Positions 38,801-52,101 of a DNA stretch of 64,000 nt are shown piece after piece. The DNA is from Lama glama (lineage: Eukaryota). Position numbers and translations under genes: made by a program. A model generated the notes under the pieces. It was not told where the DNA came from, made no database searches, and saw only the letters and a program-made list of their open reading frames with translations. Positions within the stretch are counted from its first letter, which is position 1. Each line of letters opens with the position of its first letter. The stretch lies in contig CM052817.1 of the NCBI GenBank assembly GCA_028534125.1, positions 105,650,001 to 105,714,000 of the forward strand, written 5' to 3'.

Positions 38801-39958
38801 ACATATTGAGAACTATCAAAACCAGTGAGAGAACCAGGTTTCCAGTACGTCTTACAAGTTTGCAGGTGTAGATTTTTATCAAACGTCAAACCCTCTCTCT
38901 CCTCTTTTGACTCAACATTAATGTATCAGTAGTTTAGTACATGTCCGTATCTCGTATCTGTATCTAGGATGTATATATACCATCCTTGGAGGAACCCACA
39001 ATGCTGCTTAACTCAGTACCCAAATTGGGTGTATCTGTCTTGGGTCACCGTATTTGTTGCACACTTACCACTGTCTTCTTTGAAATGTGAATGCCAATTT
39101 GTTTGTATTCACAGCTACGCGGATGACAGAATGCATTTGTCATCCGAATTATGCAGACCAGATATGTGAACTTTTCTTTGTATCTTAGAGAACGCTAACC
39201 TATCAGTGTTTAATTAGCCTGCCTTTTCAGTGCTTTGGTTCCCTATGTTCCCAGGCCTGGCATTCCGAAGATTAAGTCTACTTTTAAACATTTTTAAATA
39301 AAACGTTTTACATGTCAACTATGCATAGCTTCTCTAGATGGGTTTCTACACGATTATCATTGTCAATTTTATTCTTTCTTATTTTACTACTCCACAGCCT
39401 TTCTGTTATTTTCAGAGCTACTTGGTTTTTTAAACTTCTCTAAACGGTTCTACTACACCAAACCTTAGCTAGATGGCTTGGATGAGTAATTTCTATTTAT
39501 TTATAGCACCTATGTAGTTATGTGTCTATCATCGACGTATCTCTGCGTGTGTTCATGAGTGTGTGCTTGGATTCCACCTTTTGAAATACAGTTTATATCG
39601 AATTTTAGAATCACTTTCAATACTTCCTTTAGTATAGAATACTTTTGTTTCCACTATTGTGTCTCTATTTTAAATTGCTCATTGAACAGTTTTTCTGGAA
39701 AGAGAGGGAAGGAGGATGGTCTGGTGAATGGTAAAGCCAAAGATTAATTTCTGGTTGTCATCTAACCATGATTATAATAAGGCAAAGAGAGTGAATGAGC
39801 TCTTAAAGGAATTTAATGTCAAAGAAACAGAGCAGAAAAATGAAGTCTGAGGCCTGGCTCTCTTGAAGTCACCTTTAAGGGTACAGAAGATAAAGAAGCT
39901 GTTATAGATAGAAATTAATTAATAGGATATAGCCCAGGGTGGGCTATATCCTATGAAT

Positions 39959-41645
39959 CAAGATCAGCAAAATTATACTCTGCAAGGTCCAGAGAGAAAA
40001 TAGTTTTGGCTTTGCTGTCTGTGTGGTCTTTGTCTACCATTCTAGCATGAAAGTAGACAGACAATTTATGTTTTTTTCCTTCTAGTTTTAGTGAGATGCG
40101 ATTGACGTATCACATGGTGTAAGTTTATGATGTACAGAATAATGATTCAACTTACGTACATCATGAAGTGATCACCACATTAAGTTTAGTGAACATTTGT
40201 CATCTCATATAAATAAAAAAAGAAAAGAAAAAATATATTTTCCCTTGTGATGAGAATTCTTAGGACTTACTCTCTTAACAACTTTCATATACACCAGACA
40301 GCCTTGTTAAATGTATTTATCATGGTGTACATTACATCTCCTGTACTTATTTCTCATATAACTAGAATTTTGTATGTTTTGACCACCTTCATCTAATTCC
40401 ATCTCTCCCTACCCCTTGCCTTGAGTAACCACAAATCTGTTCTCTTTCTCTATGAATTTGTTTTTGAAGGATAATTGACCTACAACCCTATGTTAGGTCC
40501 TGGTGCATAGCATAGTGATGCAGTATTCCTACACATTACAAAATAACCACCACAATAAGTCTACTTACTGCCTTTTATCATACAAAGATACTGCATTGTT
40601 ATTGACTATATCCTCTGCACTATACATTTCACCCCGTGACTCATTTATTTTGAAACTGGAAGTTTGTATCTCTTCATCTCCCTCAACTATTTCATGCACT
40701 CCCCCACCATCCCCCCTCGCCTCAGGCAAGCAACCCCTTATTTGTTCTCTGTATCTGTGACTTTGTTTCTATTTTGTTCTGTTTATTCATTTGTTCTGTT
40801 TTTTGGGGTCCTACATATAAGTGAAATCATACAGTATTTGTATTTTTCTGTCTGACTTATTTCACTTAGCATAATACCCTGTAGGACTATCCATGTTGTT
40901 GCAAATGGCAAGATTTCATTCATCTTTATGGTTGAGTAATATTCTATGGCATATGTAAAGTATATCTTCTTTGTCCATTCATCTGTCGATGGGCACTTAA
41001 GTTGTTTCTATATCTTGGCTATTGTAAATAATGATGAAATGAACGTAGGGGTGGATATGTTTTTAGAATTAGCATATTTTTGTTTTCTTCAAAAAATGGC
41101 CAGAAGCTATTTTTTGAAGAAGCTTCATACTGTTTCCTATAGTGTCTGCATCAATTTACAATTCCTCCAACTCTTCATGAGAGTTCTCTGTTTTCCACAT
41201 ACTTGTCAACAATTAATATTTGTTGTTTTTTTTTTTAAATGATAGCCATTTTGGCAGGTGTGATGTAATGTCTCATTGTGGTTTTAATTTGCATTTCCAT
41301 GGTGATTAGCGATGTTGATCATCTTTTCATGTGCCTGTTGGCCATCTGTATGTCTTCTTTGGAAAAATGCCTACTTAGATCCTCTGCCCATTTTTTAATT
41401 GAGTTGTTTGCTTTTTTGATATTAAGATAGATAATATTTAATGAATGGGTGTAACTGTGTTCCAATAATCCTTTTGTTATGTAAATTTGATTCCCATATG
41501 ATGTTTACATATCACAACGTAGTATTCTCCTTTTGATTTATTTTCAACCATTAAAAAATGTCAAAAACATTCTTAGTTCCTGGGCCACATACCAAAATAG
41601 GGAGCAGGCTGAATTTGGCTTGGGGCCATTGTTTGCAAATCTTGG
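39959..41645 (+). mobile_element. MER58B-like hAT element split by an L1 insertion (halves at about 39959-40065 and 41425-41645)
   Basis: Left half atcagcaaaattatactctgcaaggtccagagagaaaatagttttggctttgc; right half gaatgggtgtaactgtgttccaataa...caggctgaatttggcttggggccattgtttgcaaatcttg. Confidence 0.75.
40066..41424 (-). mobile_element. L1 3' ~1.35 kb inserted into the MER58B-like element
   Basis: Antisense 3'UTR and ORF2 motifs. Degenerate TSD agacagacaat (40055-40065) and agatagataat (41425-41435). Confidence 0.9.
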
Positions 41646-44062
41646 CCTTAAAAGTATGATAGATCATTCCAAAAAGAATCACATGTCTGAAACAGCCAAC
41701 TGTGGCAGAAATTATAAGCATGATCTATTTCGCATAGTAAGTGTTCAAAAAATGCTTCCCAACAAGAACTAAAGATGAGCAATTGGAAATTCTAAGGCCA
41801 AGATGTCTTCCGGAAGAGACAGGATCCCGAAAGCCAGTATAAAGTATGAACAATTTAGAGTGAAAGGTCAGGAGATGGAATGAAAGTTCTAAACAGCTTC
41901 TCTGAAGTCTAAGGAGAAGTAGATGGGTGATTGGAATGAAAGGTGGATGAATCTGATTCATGTTGCTTTACTGTTTGTTTCTTCAATTACAGGGACATGT
42001 GCATGTTCAAAGACCCCTGGAGACAGAACTCAGTTATAAATTAAATGTAGACAGATTTTTTCTGAAGGCAAAGGATAGTGGACAAATCAGGATTAGAGAG
42101 AAGAGTGGGAGGAAGGAATGAAAGCACAGAAACTTGCTGAGTTTGGAGGCAAGGGAGATGGAGGTGCTTGTGATAAATACTGTTCACCCTCACCATGAAT
42201 GTCACAAGGGGGAATGTGAGGAAGAAGGGGAAGGAAAGATGGGAGCTTGGAGATTTGTGGGCAAAATATTTTTATAGGTAATCAGTACAATAAATGAAAA
42301 TGACCAAGTCCCATAGAAGATGAGTATATATATTCATCTGTTTGATTTGTGACTTCTGTGTAGCAAATCAGGAAGCATCAACACTATTTTAATTGATAAA
42401 CCAAAATTTCCATCATTACTAGTGATGTAGCTATTATTCCTTTAAAATTTTGGAATGGGATAATGCATGCACAGGAAACATGTGAAGAAATGTGGACGTG
42501 ACCCAAAGGGAGACAGTTAAGTTCTCATTACGCATTAGAATTGTCTTTTTATTATGGACTTATCCTCATTAGTTCTAAAACCTTATTAATTCTTTCACTC
42601 CAAAGGGTAGCATACATTTCTATAAAAATGATTGAATGATACCCTTTGATATAATTTCTGACAATTTTCCTCATCAGTATGTATTATCTTAATCTTATTT
42701 TGCATCTCTGGTATTTTTTTTTTAGCTTCTCTTTTATCCCACTGAATGCCTAATGCATGTGAAAAATGTTCCCCTACTATTCCTATCCACAGAAATAAAT
42801 ATTAATCTGTGTATCCGAAAAAAGGAGAGTGCTTTTGTAAAATGAGACCTAATAGAGTATAATCAGAAATAATGGCAGAAAGTGAAGCAAAGAAAATTCA
42901 TAGTGACTGTCAGGAAACTTTTAATGGCTTTGTAAAAATGATTGTGAGTCTAGTCAGGGCCATCTTATGGGGACAGCATACAAATAGGAAATAATTCCCA
43001 GCAGCGCAATTTATTTTACTGTTCAATAGTTTTGTAGCAAACAAAGGGGTGGAAATTGCTCCTGGTTTCAGCCGTTGTTTGCCTGACAGTGATCTGTCAG
43101 GTCACTCAAACTTTCTGCTAGTTTGGCAGGTTTTGTTGGTAGCTTTCACACAATAGCAAAGAATTTGTAAACAATTTCCCCATTTTCAGATCCGTTCATC
43201 AACCTTCCTCAACTTTTTCATCACCTTTTCATGCCTCTCGAGGACATATTTTATACAGCATTTGATTCTCACAAAAGAGGGCCTTGTCAGAGATGTTCAA
43301 TATCCTTAGGCAGAAAAATGGACGTCAACAATAATGATTCAGTGAATTGATGAGTGAAAGTACAACCCCGTGCTCTGTTCTGGACATGTGTGGAGGACAG
43401 ACGTCTGCCTCCGGGTTTGTGCTGCATTCTGAAGGTTGCCACAGACACCTCTCAGGGTGACCCACTGGTCCTCATCCTGGAATGACTGTGGCACCTTCCA
43501 TGAAACGGGCTGAACTCCACCCCTTCAGAATTACCCAAAACATACACTGCATGTTTAGTTTTTAGACTTTTTTGCTCATGTCCTGGGAGCCTGGAAGAAC
43601 TATGCTGTTCTGAGAATCACATGTACCTGGTGTTCTGGTGAGCCTGGTCACTTCTGGACTGGATCTCAAAAATGAGTGGATGCTCCAGGTCCTCTGGAAT
43701 TTAGACCTGAAGTTTGGAGGAAAAAACGGCAACCCACGTACTGAGCTTCTCATTCCAAAGTGCTCTGGTTTTTATGTTATTTACCAAATGTTACGCAAAC
43801 AAGAAAAACAATTATGATGGTTGTGCTGTCTGAGGAGAGTTATTATGGTATATTCATTTTAATTATTAAATGCCAAATGTGGTTTATCTGCTGTAGCTCT
43901 TGAAAAGAAATGCTTAGGTGATGTTGATAATGAAAATTTTGTTGATTTTGTTTCATGAGTATTAAATGCAAATGGTGGATGACATCTCTCCTGGAAAATA
44001 AATGTTTTTGTTTGAATTGGAGAAGAGAGTATTCCAATTTAGCTTAAGTGTTACTAACTGGA

Positions 44063-44082
44063 CCTATAATGAAAAAGAATAT

Positions 44083-44123
<41 letters not shown>

Positions 44124-44195
44124 AATGAATTACTGTGCTATACACCAGAAATTAACACAACATTGTAAATCAACTGTGTCAATTTAAAAAAAAAA
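44063..44195 (+). mobile_element. Short L1 3' end with internal (TG)n and TSD
   Basis: cctataatgaaaaagaatatg...(tg)n...tacaccagaaattaacacaacattgtaaatcaact plus an A tail. Flanks ttactaactgga (44051-44062) and ttattaactgga (44199-44210). Confidence 0.9.
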
Positions 44196-45338
44196 GAATT
44201 ATTAACTGGATACACAAAACAGTGAATTAGACATGATAATTAGCAATCAGTCCTAAATTATGAAACAAGTAATACATCAGAATTAGCGTGTATCATACTT
44301 TTATCATTATATAAATGTTTATCTTTACACGTGTATTTTATGTATAGTTCATAAAGTCTCTCTTCTTAGTGATTTTCCTAACTAGAAATAAATTGAAAGA
44401 ATTACAAAACCAATAGACCAGTGAATAAAAGAAAAACCTGAAGCAAAAATGAGCTAAATGACATTTCTTCTACTTGCAATGTGTCTGCCAACACGAATCA
44501 GAAAGGCTTATGTTTACCTGCAGCATTCACTTATTGAATGTTGAAAGGAGGAAACAGAACTTTTTTTGCCTCATTTATGGCCATCTTAACACAAACTACA
44601 CAGTATTCAGCCAGAAGGCAGTTCTAGGGTAAAGGAGCAGAAAGAAAAAGGCTTGGGTAAATTAAAAGATTTTGTAAAATTTGACTTTGATACTAAATCA
44701 AAAATAAGGTAACAGCTCTGAATAACTACCTTATTCTCGTTTTTCTAAGCATCTGATTCTTCACAAATTAGAAGCCTTCTTTAGTCTTGTGCAGTGGATT
44801 TGGTAGCTTTTGAAAAGACCATGAATGTGCTAAGGGGGTAGTCCCTGAGGTTTTGAAAGGCTCAATATATACTTTAGGGTGGCATCTAATGTCTGGTGAA
44901 GAAGTGTGAGATTGGGGGGGTTTGGGGGAGAAGCATTGGACTTATTCTGTTTTTCTGCAGTGACTGAGTTATGAACAGATAGTGGCAAGTGAAAGAAGTA
45001 TAACTTGCGAGAAATAAGCAATAAAGGTTTGAAAAATTTATTTTGAAGGGTAATGCACACTGATTTCTATGCACATTTAATGAGTTTAAATAGGCACCAT
45101 ATACTGTTTTACTTGATTTAACACTTTTTACATACTTATATACTTGACATAAATATTAATATGGAACACATGTAACTCATAAATAGATATTTATATATTT
45201 AACATATAAATGTTTATATATATATAACTTTCGATGCTAAAAATAGTAAAGTGTCAAACATCAATGTTACCTATAATATGGCCATGCCCATGTTATAATC
45301 TAAGAAACTCATTTGATTTTCTATTTCCTAAATTATAG

Positions 45339-45491
<153 letters not shown>

Positions 45492-47399
45492 TGAATGACT
45501 CCTCCTTTTGAAAGCAATTTTAAATAACGTTCACTTTAGCATCATAGTCTTTACCAGGTAACTTGTGCAGTGTTATTTTATTGTCAATGATAACTTGTTT
45601 CATTCCTTGGATAACTGGAAAATGTTTGCATTTTCCGCAAACTCTCCTCTCATTCTGATCCTTGAGCCTATAAGCAATTAAAGAAGTGATTTAAATAGCT
45701 TTTGTTTTCCGCAGTTAGATTCCCCGAACACATCATAATGCCAGCATGACCAGTTACACAAAAATCATCCTCAGAATTGCTTATTCTGTCTAAAGCAGTG
45801 AGATTCCCACTTCCAAGGCCAGTTAAGGTATTCCCAGTTACAGTTGCAGAAACAGAATTACATCTTCCTCATTTGATCCTTAACAAAGACTGAGACAATA
45901 GTAGATTTACTGGATAATAGGAACTTAATAGATTTCACTATAGTAGTAAAACAAGTAATATGTGGATAGGTCAATGACAGAGAAAAAAAATCTCTAACAA
46001 CCTCGTCATTGTCATGTTTCCATGTTGCCGTGGCCATGGTTATGAAAAACCATTCCATTTTTGAGCCACCAATTATTTTATGCCCAGCTCTTCCCAAGAC
46101 TGTCCAACTTGGGCTATCGACTAAAACTCAGTTGCACGAAGACCCAGGGGCAGTCTGGCTCCAGTATCTGGGCCATTGAATGTTAGGATTCATGGCGTCT
46201 CAGCTCAGAGGAAATGAACTTAAATTCGCTTTGTGAGGTATGTATAGTCTGTTAAATGGGAGCAATAACTGCACACATCTTATAAAGTTATATTAAGGAT
46301 TCTATAATTAATGCACAGAAAACATTTACAGCATCACCTGCCATATGGAAGTGCTGTTTACTATAAGAATTTCTGACACACTGGAACCTAACCATTTCTG
46401 ATATTTATGGAAGGTTTTTTTTGCATTAATATTGGTTTGAAATTGAAGCAGCTGTCAGTCCTAATATCAGTTCCTGCCCAGAACCACAAGACTGCTAACA
46501 TGCTCAAAATCAGGGCTTCTTATTCTAAGAGTTCTTAATAACTTCATATATAAATTCATCCAATCCACCCACCTATCCATTCTGCATACATTTATTTGCG
46601 CATTATGAAATGTGTTTGGTACCACAAATAAAAGAATGAAAAGTGGTTCTATTAGAAAGCTCTGGTACTTCCAGGGTTACAAATATACCGTGCATAACTT
46701 GTATAGTGGCTCAATTTCTAGTATTGGATTCAACAGTACAGCCACGAGTAAAGGATGAGCAGCTGTCTACTAGAAAATTCTAGGTCTCCAGGGTTTCCGG
46801 GTTTCATGGGTACCCAGTCCATGGCCCAGTGTCTACGGTGAGAACATATTTTCCTGTATACTTCACCTCTTATGCATCTGTCTTTGAGACTGCAGGATGT
46901 TTGACCAGGTTAATTTTACTTTGATTTCAGCTGCAACGAAAGCCAGCAAATTACAGGCGTTCCTTTTGAGATTATCAAGACTCTTTAGCTAATAGGTTAA
47001 AATTAGAAATTCTTTCAGGAATAATCAGGCTGGCCTGTAAATTCAATGTTCAAACTAGAAACTGACACTGGCTGAATATGTATTACCTACTAGATATTCA
47101 AAAGTGAGAAAAGCTAACATCATTTATTATTTATATAACTTCTATCTTCAGACAATGATGTAAATTTTGAAATTAATAGAGAATATCAATATTGAAATAT
47201 TTATGCAATGATAAAAATCACATAAATTATATTGTTTTTCAAAGTGCCTATAATGACTATGAAATACCAGGAGAATGTAAAAGACATTATACAAGGATAA
47301 AATATTAAAATATTATGATATAATCCGGACTGTGGATATTCCTCAGACAAGAATCTAGCACATTTTTATAAGGTAGAAAATTAGACCTCATTCCGAATG

Positions 47400-47499
47400 N
47401 NNNNNNNNNNNNNNNNNNNNNNNNNNNNNNNNNNNNNNNNNNNNNNNNNNNNNNNNNNNNNNNNNNNNNNNNNNNNNNNNNNNNNNNNNNNNNNNNNNN
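47400..47499. other. Assembly gap (100 N) flanked by an exact 72-bp duplicate; probably a false gap
   Basis: 47328-47399 is identical to 47500-47571. Confidence 0.97.
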
Positions 47500-47836
47500 G
47501 ACTGTGGATATTCCTCAGACAAGAATCTAGCACATTTTTATAAGGTAGAAAATTAGACCTCATTCCGAATGGGTTCTCCATATGATCTGGTTATTAAAAT
47601 AATAATAATTATGCTTTATTACTCTTTCTAGTTATTACCTTGCCAAAGGTAATCATTATGTAAATTTCAGTCATCATAAATCAGCATTGCCTGATTTGGA
47701 ATATTACAGAAATGGAAATATACAGTATTCACTCTCTGCATCTGGCTATCTTGGCTGTACATCGTAATTGCGAGATCATTTTGTTTGCATGGAGCTAGTG
47801 TTAGTCTTCCCGATTTTCCTGTGGAGTAGTTGATTA

Positions 47837-48446
47837 CAGTTGATTCTCATTGTTGATTCTGTATTTAAAATGCAGCTACTGTCTTAAATTTATTTAGACC
47901 TGCAATACTCATCATGATTTTACAGTCACTCAAGGACATGCGCAAAGTGGTGAAAAGTGTATCACGTGATGTGCTCCCAGCTAAGGGTGAACAAGGTGCC
48001 TTCTTGTTTCAACCCTCATACCGTGAACAAGTGTCTTCTCACGGTATATTTTGTTGACAATTTTGCTGTTCAAAATGGCACCTGAGCCTTGGGTTGAAAT
48101 GTTTGTGTAGGAAGGCTGTGGTGTCCTGATGGTAAGCTTCATTCAGGCATGAGTCAATACGGTTTAGTTCAATGTTAATTAATGTTAATTAATTAACTGT
48201 GCATATTAAAGTGTCTCTGAACAGAAACACTCATGAAACCAAGTTATTTATTGATCAGCTGATCAACTGATCAATACAGAACTCATAACACTCATGAAGC
48301 CAAGATATATACTGATGAGTTGAAAATCTTGTGACCAGAAGCTGATAAGAAGCTAACTGTACATTTCCTCTGGAAACAATGGTGCAGGATTCAGAAATTT
48401 AGTGTTTCTGGTGACTTCATAAACAACTACCACTAATGAGAGACTC
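47837..48446 (+). mobile_element. MER82-like TcMar-Tigger element
   Basis: ta|cagttgattctcatt start, ggacatgcgcaaagtggtgaaaag, tcccagctaagggtgaacaagg, ccttcttgtttcaaccctcatac, and an end resembling the inverted terminus (aatgagagactca). Confidence 0.75.
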
Positions 48447-48699
48447 AAATGTATTTAAATATATAAGATTTTATTTATACATTATACTTACAATATATAT
48501 TATACAAAAAGTAAATAAATATATATACAAAAAGTATATAAAAAATAAAGTTTATTTTCCATACAAAGTAGAAATCCTTTCTAACAGTAGAAATGATAAA
48601 TTCCAGAGGAGACACTACAAAGAAAAGAGAAAAGTTGATATTTAAGTCAAAATGAATGAGAACTTTCTACAATGTAATAAAGAATGTTATCATTATTGT

Positions 48700-51240
48700 T
48701 TATAATATTGTCATTATTCTTTAGTATACAATTTATGAAATAAAAGATACTCTCAGATTTAGAAAGGACAATGGAACTGAAGTGGAAAAAAAATCAATAT
48801 CCAAATATATTGACATGGCACAACCAGACATACAGCCAAAAGGAAGATCTTAAAATGGGAGAGGAATTGCTATGAAAACAGCGGCAATTTTCTCAACAGC
48901 AATAATAGACACCAAAAGAAAGTGAAATAATATTAAAAGACTAAGTGGAAATAAAACATACTCTGATATTATATGGTCAGTGGAAAAAAGCATGTAACTC
49001 ACTTATTGTGTCAGATGCCAAAACATACAGATTTTATCAACAAAATGAATTGAAACAAAACTGAAACTGAAAACTATTTGCTTCAGGAATAAGAAAAATT
49101 AAACAATCAGTAAGTTTGATATACAATGAGCAAGTAAATTATTAAACATATGATCTAATAAAATAGTGACGGTCAATAATAATGATATTCCCTGAATTTA
49201 AGGTTGAAATTTTTAAAAGAGTGAAAATGCAGGACAAAAACAGCAAAAAAAAAAAGTATTTAAGTATTGTACACTAATGTGTAAACAGAGAAAAGTTTGA
49301 TATTATTTGAAATATATTAAGATTTCTTCTATTATTTAAGAATGAGAATAATTACTGATTGCTTGTGCATATGTTAAGTATGTTTAGTAATATTTCAAGA
49401 ATCTATATCTTGAATATTATATTTGCTATGACAAAATAAAATTAAATGAACACCTTACATATAACTACAAAGGGAAAAGAAGAAATGAAAACAAGAAAAC
49501 AATAAGAATAAAAAAGCCAAGACCAATAGAAAAACAAAATTTAAACCAAGGTATAAGTAAAACCAAACATATTTTTAATTACATTAACTGAAGATGGATG
49601 GAGTAACTAGCTGATAATAAAAAGCATTGGACCGAGTAATGAAAATCTAGCCATACGCAGATTATAACATATATACCCCCAAAATAAGAAAAAAAATTTG
49701 AAATTTAAGAACAGTCCCAGATAATGCAGGCATATACGAACAACAAAATGAAAAACCAGATGTAGCTTTATTAACACCAGATTTTAAAAGAGACTTTAAG
49801 TCACAAAGTGTTAAGTTAAAGCAAGTTAATGATTTAAAAACTTGACTTCACTTAAAAAAAAAGAACAGAAAAATACATGGTTGCTTACAATTTTATAAAG
49901 TGATTATTGCCATACTACTAGATAAGACTGACATGATCAAAATAAGAAATATTTGATACTTCTTGATAAACCAACAGACAAAATTAATACTATATACAAA
50001 TTGAACATTATTACTATGTTTGAACTAACAGATATAAGTATTAATTTTTGCATCCAGCAGTGATTAAATATACCTTATTACTAAATATTCACTTCTAAAT
50101 ATTTTCTGTATCATTTCATATCACCATTCAGGCTGCTAATTAAATACAACACACTGCTTAGCTTATAAACACAGGAATTTATTTCTCACACTTCTGAGAA
50201 AGTCCAAGATCAAGATGGTAGCATGTTCATGATCTGGTGAGGGGCCTCTTCCTGGTTCATAGCCCGTGCTATCTCACTGTGTCCTCATGTGGTGGAAGGG
50301 GCAAGGGATCTCTGTCGGGTAATTTTTTTATAAAAGCATGAATCCCATTCATAGGGACTCCATCTTTATGACCTAATCACTTCCCAACTGCCCATTTTCT
50401 GATACCATCATCTTTGAGGGTTGGCATTACAACATATGAATTCTGGGTGGACACAAACATTCAGACCTTAGCATTCACTACATGAAACATTTAGTGAAGA
50501 TGAACACTAGCTGGGCTACATAAACTGAGTTTCAAGAAATATTAATGAAATTATTCCATACAGAGTCTCTGACACAATGCTAAGCTATCAACAACTGCAA
50601 TGTAAATTTAAAATATGAATATCACTATCAAGTAATATTGCTAATCATGAGTACAAATGTGGAATCCAAGTAAGGCTGTATTTTTAGGGAATTTTTTCTA
50701 CCTTCATAAAAATATATAAACAATAGGTTGGAAATAAAACATTTAATTAGGTAATTTTAGAATTAGCTGAAGAAAATCAGAATATTCTAAATGAAAGAAG
50801 GGAAGTAAAAAGATATGTATATAAAGATATAATTGAATAATGTATAAAGGTAAAAAATGATTTATTCAAAAAGAACTAATTAAAAGGGAACTCTGGGAAT
50901 TTTGACAAAGAACAAGGAGTAAAGGCATGGTTAACACTATTAGAATTGAGTAAGAGAAGATAATAATAACCACAATCTTAGCAGAGAGTAAAAGGATCTA
51001 AGAATTAAGGTGAAAGTCATGGCAGTAAATTTTGGAAACGTGGGGGGAAAGGACAAATTAAAGAGAAAATATAAGTTAATGACATGTAACCCAAGGAGAA
51101 ATAAAAAAGGAATGTTTTTATGACTAATTAAATGAACTGATTTAAGAGAACTAAAACAGAAAATTCTGTCCAAGATGGCTTTACAGGTGAAAGTTTTCCC
51201 CAACTTAAGTAACATTTTAGCAAGCAATCTGATGAGATCT
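48700..51240 (+). mobile_element. Ancient diverged L1M fragments (interrupted by an MLT1 LTR)
   Basis: Strongly A-rich sense strand with ORF1/ORF2-like patches (gcaattttctcaacagcaataatagacacc, tccaagatggctttacaggtgaa). Confidence 0.55.
50120..50474 (-). mobile_element. MaLR LTR (MLT1A-like)
   Basis: gaatttatttctcacacttctg...aagtccaagatcaag...gtgtcctcatgtggtggaagggg...acacaaacattcagaccttagca. Confidence 0.85.
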
Positions 51241-51417
51241 ACTAATTTAAAACCGCGTATTTTCACTGACTTGGTGGTTGACTTCCAGTTTTACTCCCTC
51301 TACCTGCTCTGTTTTACAGCCTCTGTCTATTCTCAGATTGTCTTCTGTAAGTAGCTGTTTGGAAACCCCCTTTGCCTTATCATTTTAGCACAGCTACATG
51401 TGTAGTTAACTTTTAAA

Positions 51418-51633
51418 AAACTGAAGTACAGTCAGTTACAATGTGTCAATTTCTGGCGTACAGAGCAATGTCCCAGTCATGCATATACATACATATATTC
51501 ATTTTCATTTTCTTTTCCATTTAATGTTACTACAACACAGTGAACATAGTTCCCTGTGCTATACAGCAGAAACTTTTTTAAAATCTATTTTTATATATAA
51601 TGGGTAACATTTGCAAATCTTAAACTCCCAAAC
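51418..51633 (-). mobile_element. L1 3'UTR fragment with TSD
   Basis: gaagtacagtcagttacaatgtgtcaatttctgg...gaacatagttccctgtgctatacag; TSD taacttttaaa at 51407-51417 and 51634-51644. Confidence 0.9.
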
Positions 51634-51739
51634 TAACTTTTAAACCAACTGCCCTCATGATCTACTCATCTCTGGCTTAAGTACACCTTTTTAAATCTTT
51701 TGATCACTCAGTAACTTGCCTAAAGAAGAACTTAAGAGT

Positions 51740-52101
51740 AAGTAATTCATAGATAATCAGATCTCTTCCCTAGCTTCCCCTTCAGTCATCTCGAGAACAG
51801 ACCGTGCAGACAAAATAACAACTAAGGAAAGATCACAAGAAGTCGACAAGCCTGCACACAATGAGGGACAGTGGTGACTCTGCCCCCCCATCTCAGTGAT
51901 CAACTGAGATTACTTCCCCTTTTCTCTTTAAAACTTCCATGGCTGAGCATAATCTTCAGAGATGGCTTCTGGGGACACGAGTCCACCTTCTCCCTAGATT
52001 GCCGGCATTCTGATTAAAAGCAACTTTCCTTTCTACCAACATCTGCCTCTTTTGACTACTGATTTTTGAGCAGCAAGCAACCAGACCTGAGTTCATTAAC
52101 A
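51740..52101 (+). mobile_element. ERV1-type LTR (5' boundary uncertain)
   Basis: TATA-like tttaaaa, poly(A) signal attaaa (about 52013), and the terminus gagcagcaagcaaccagacctgagttcattaaCA. Confidence 0.7.
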
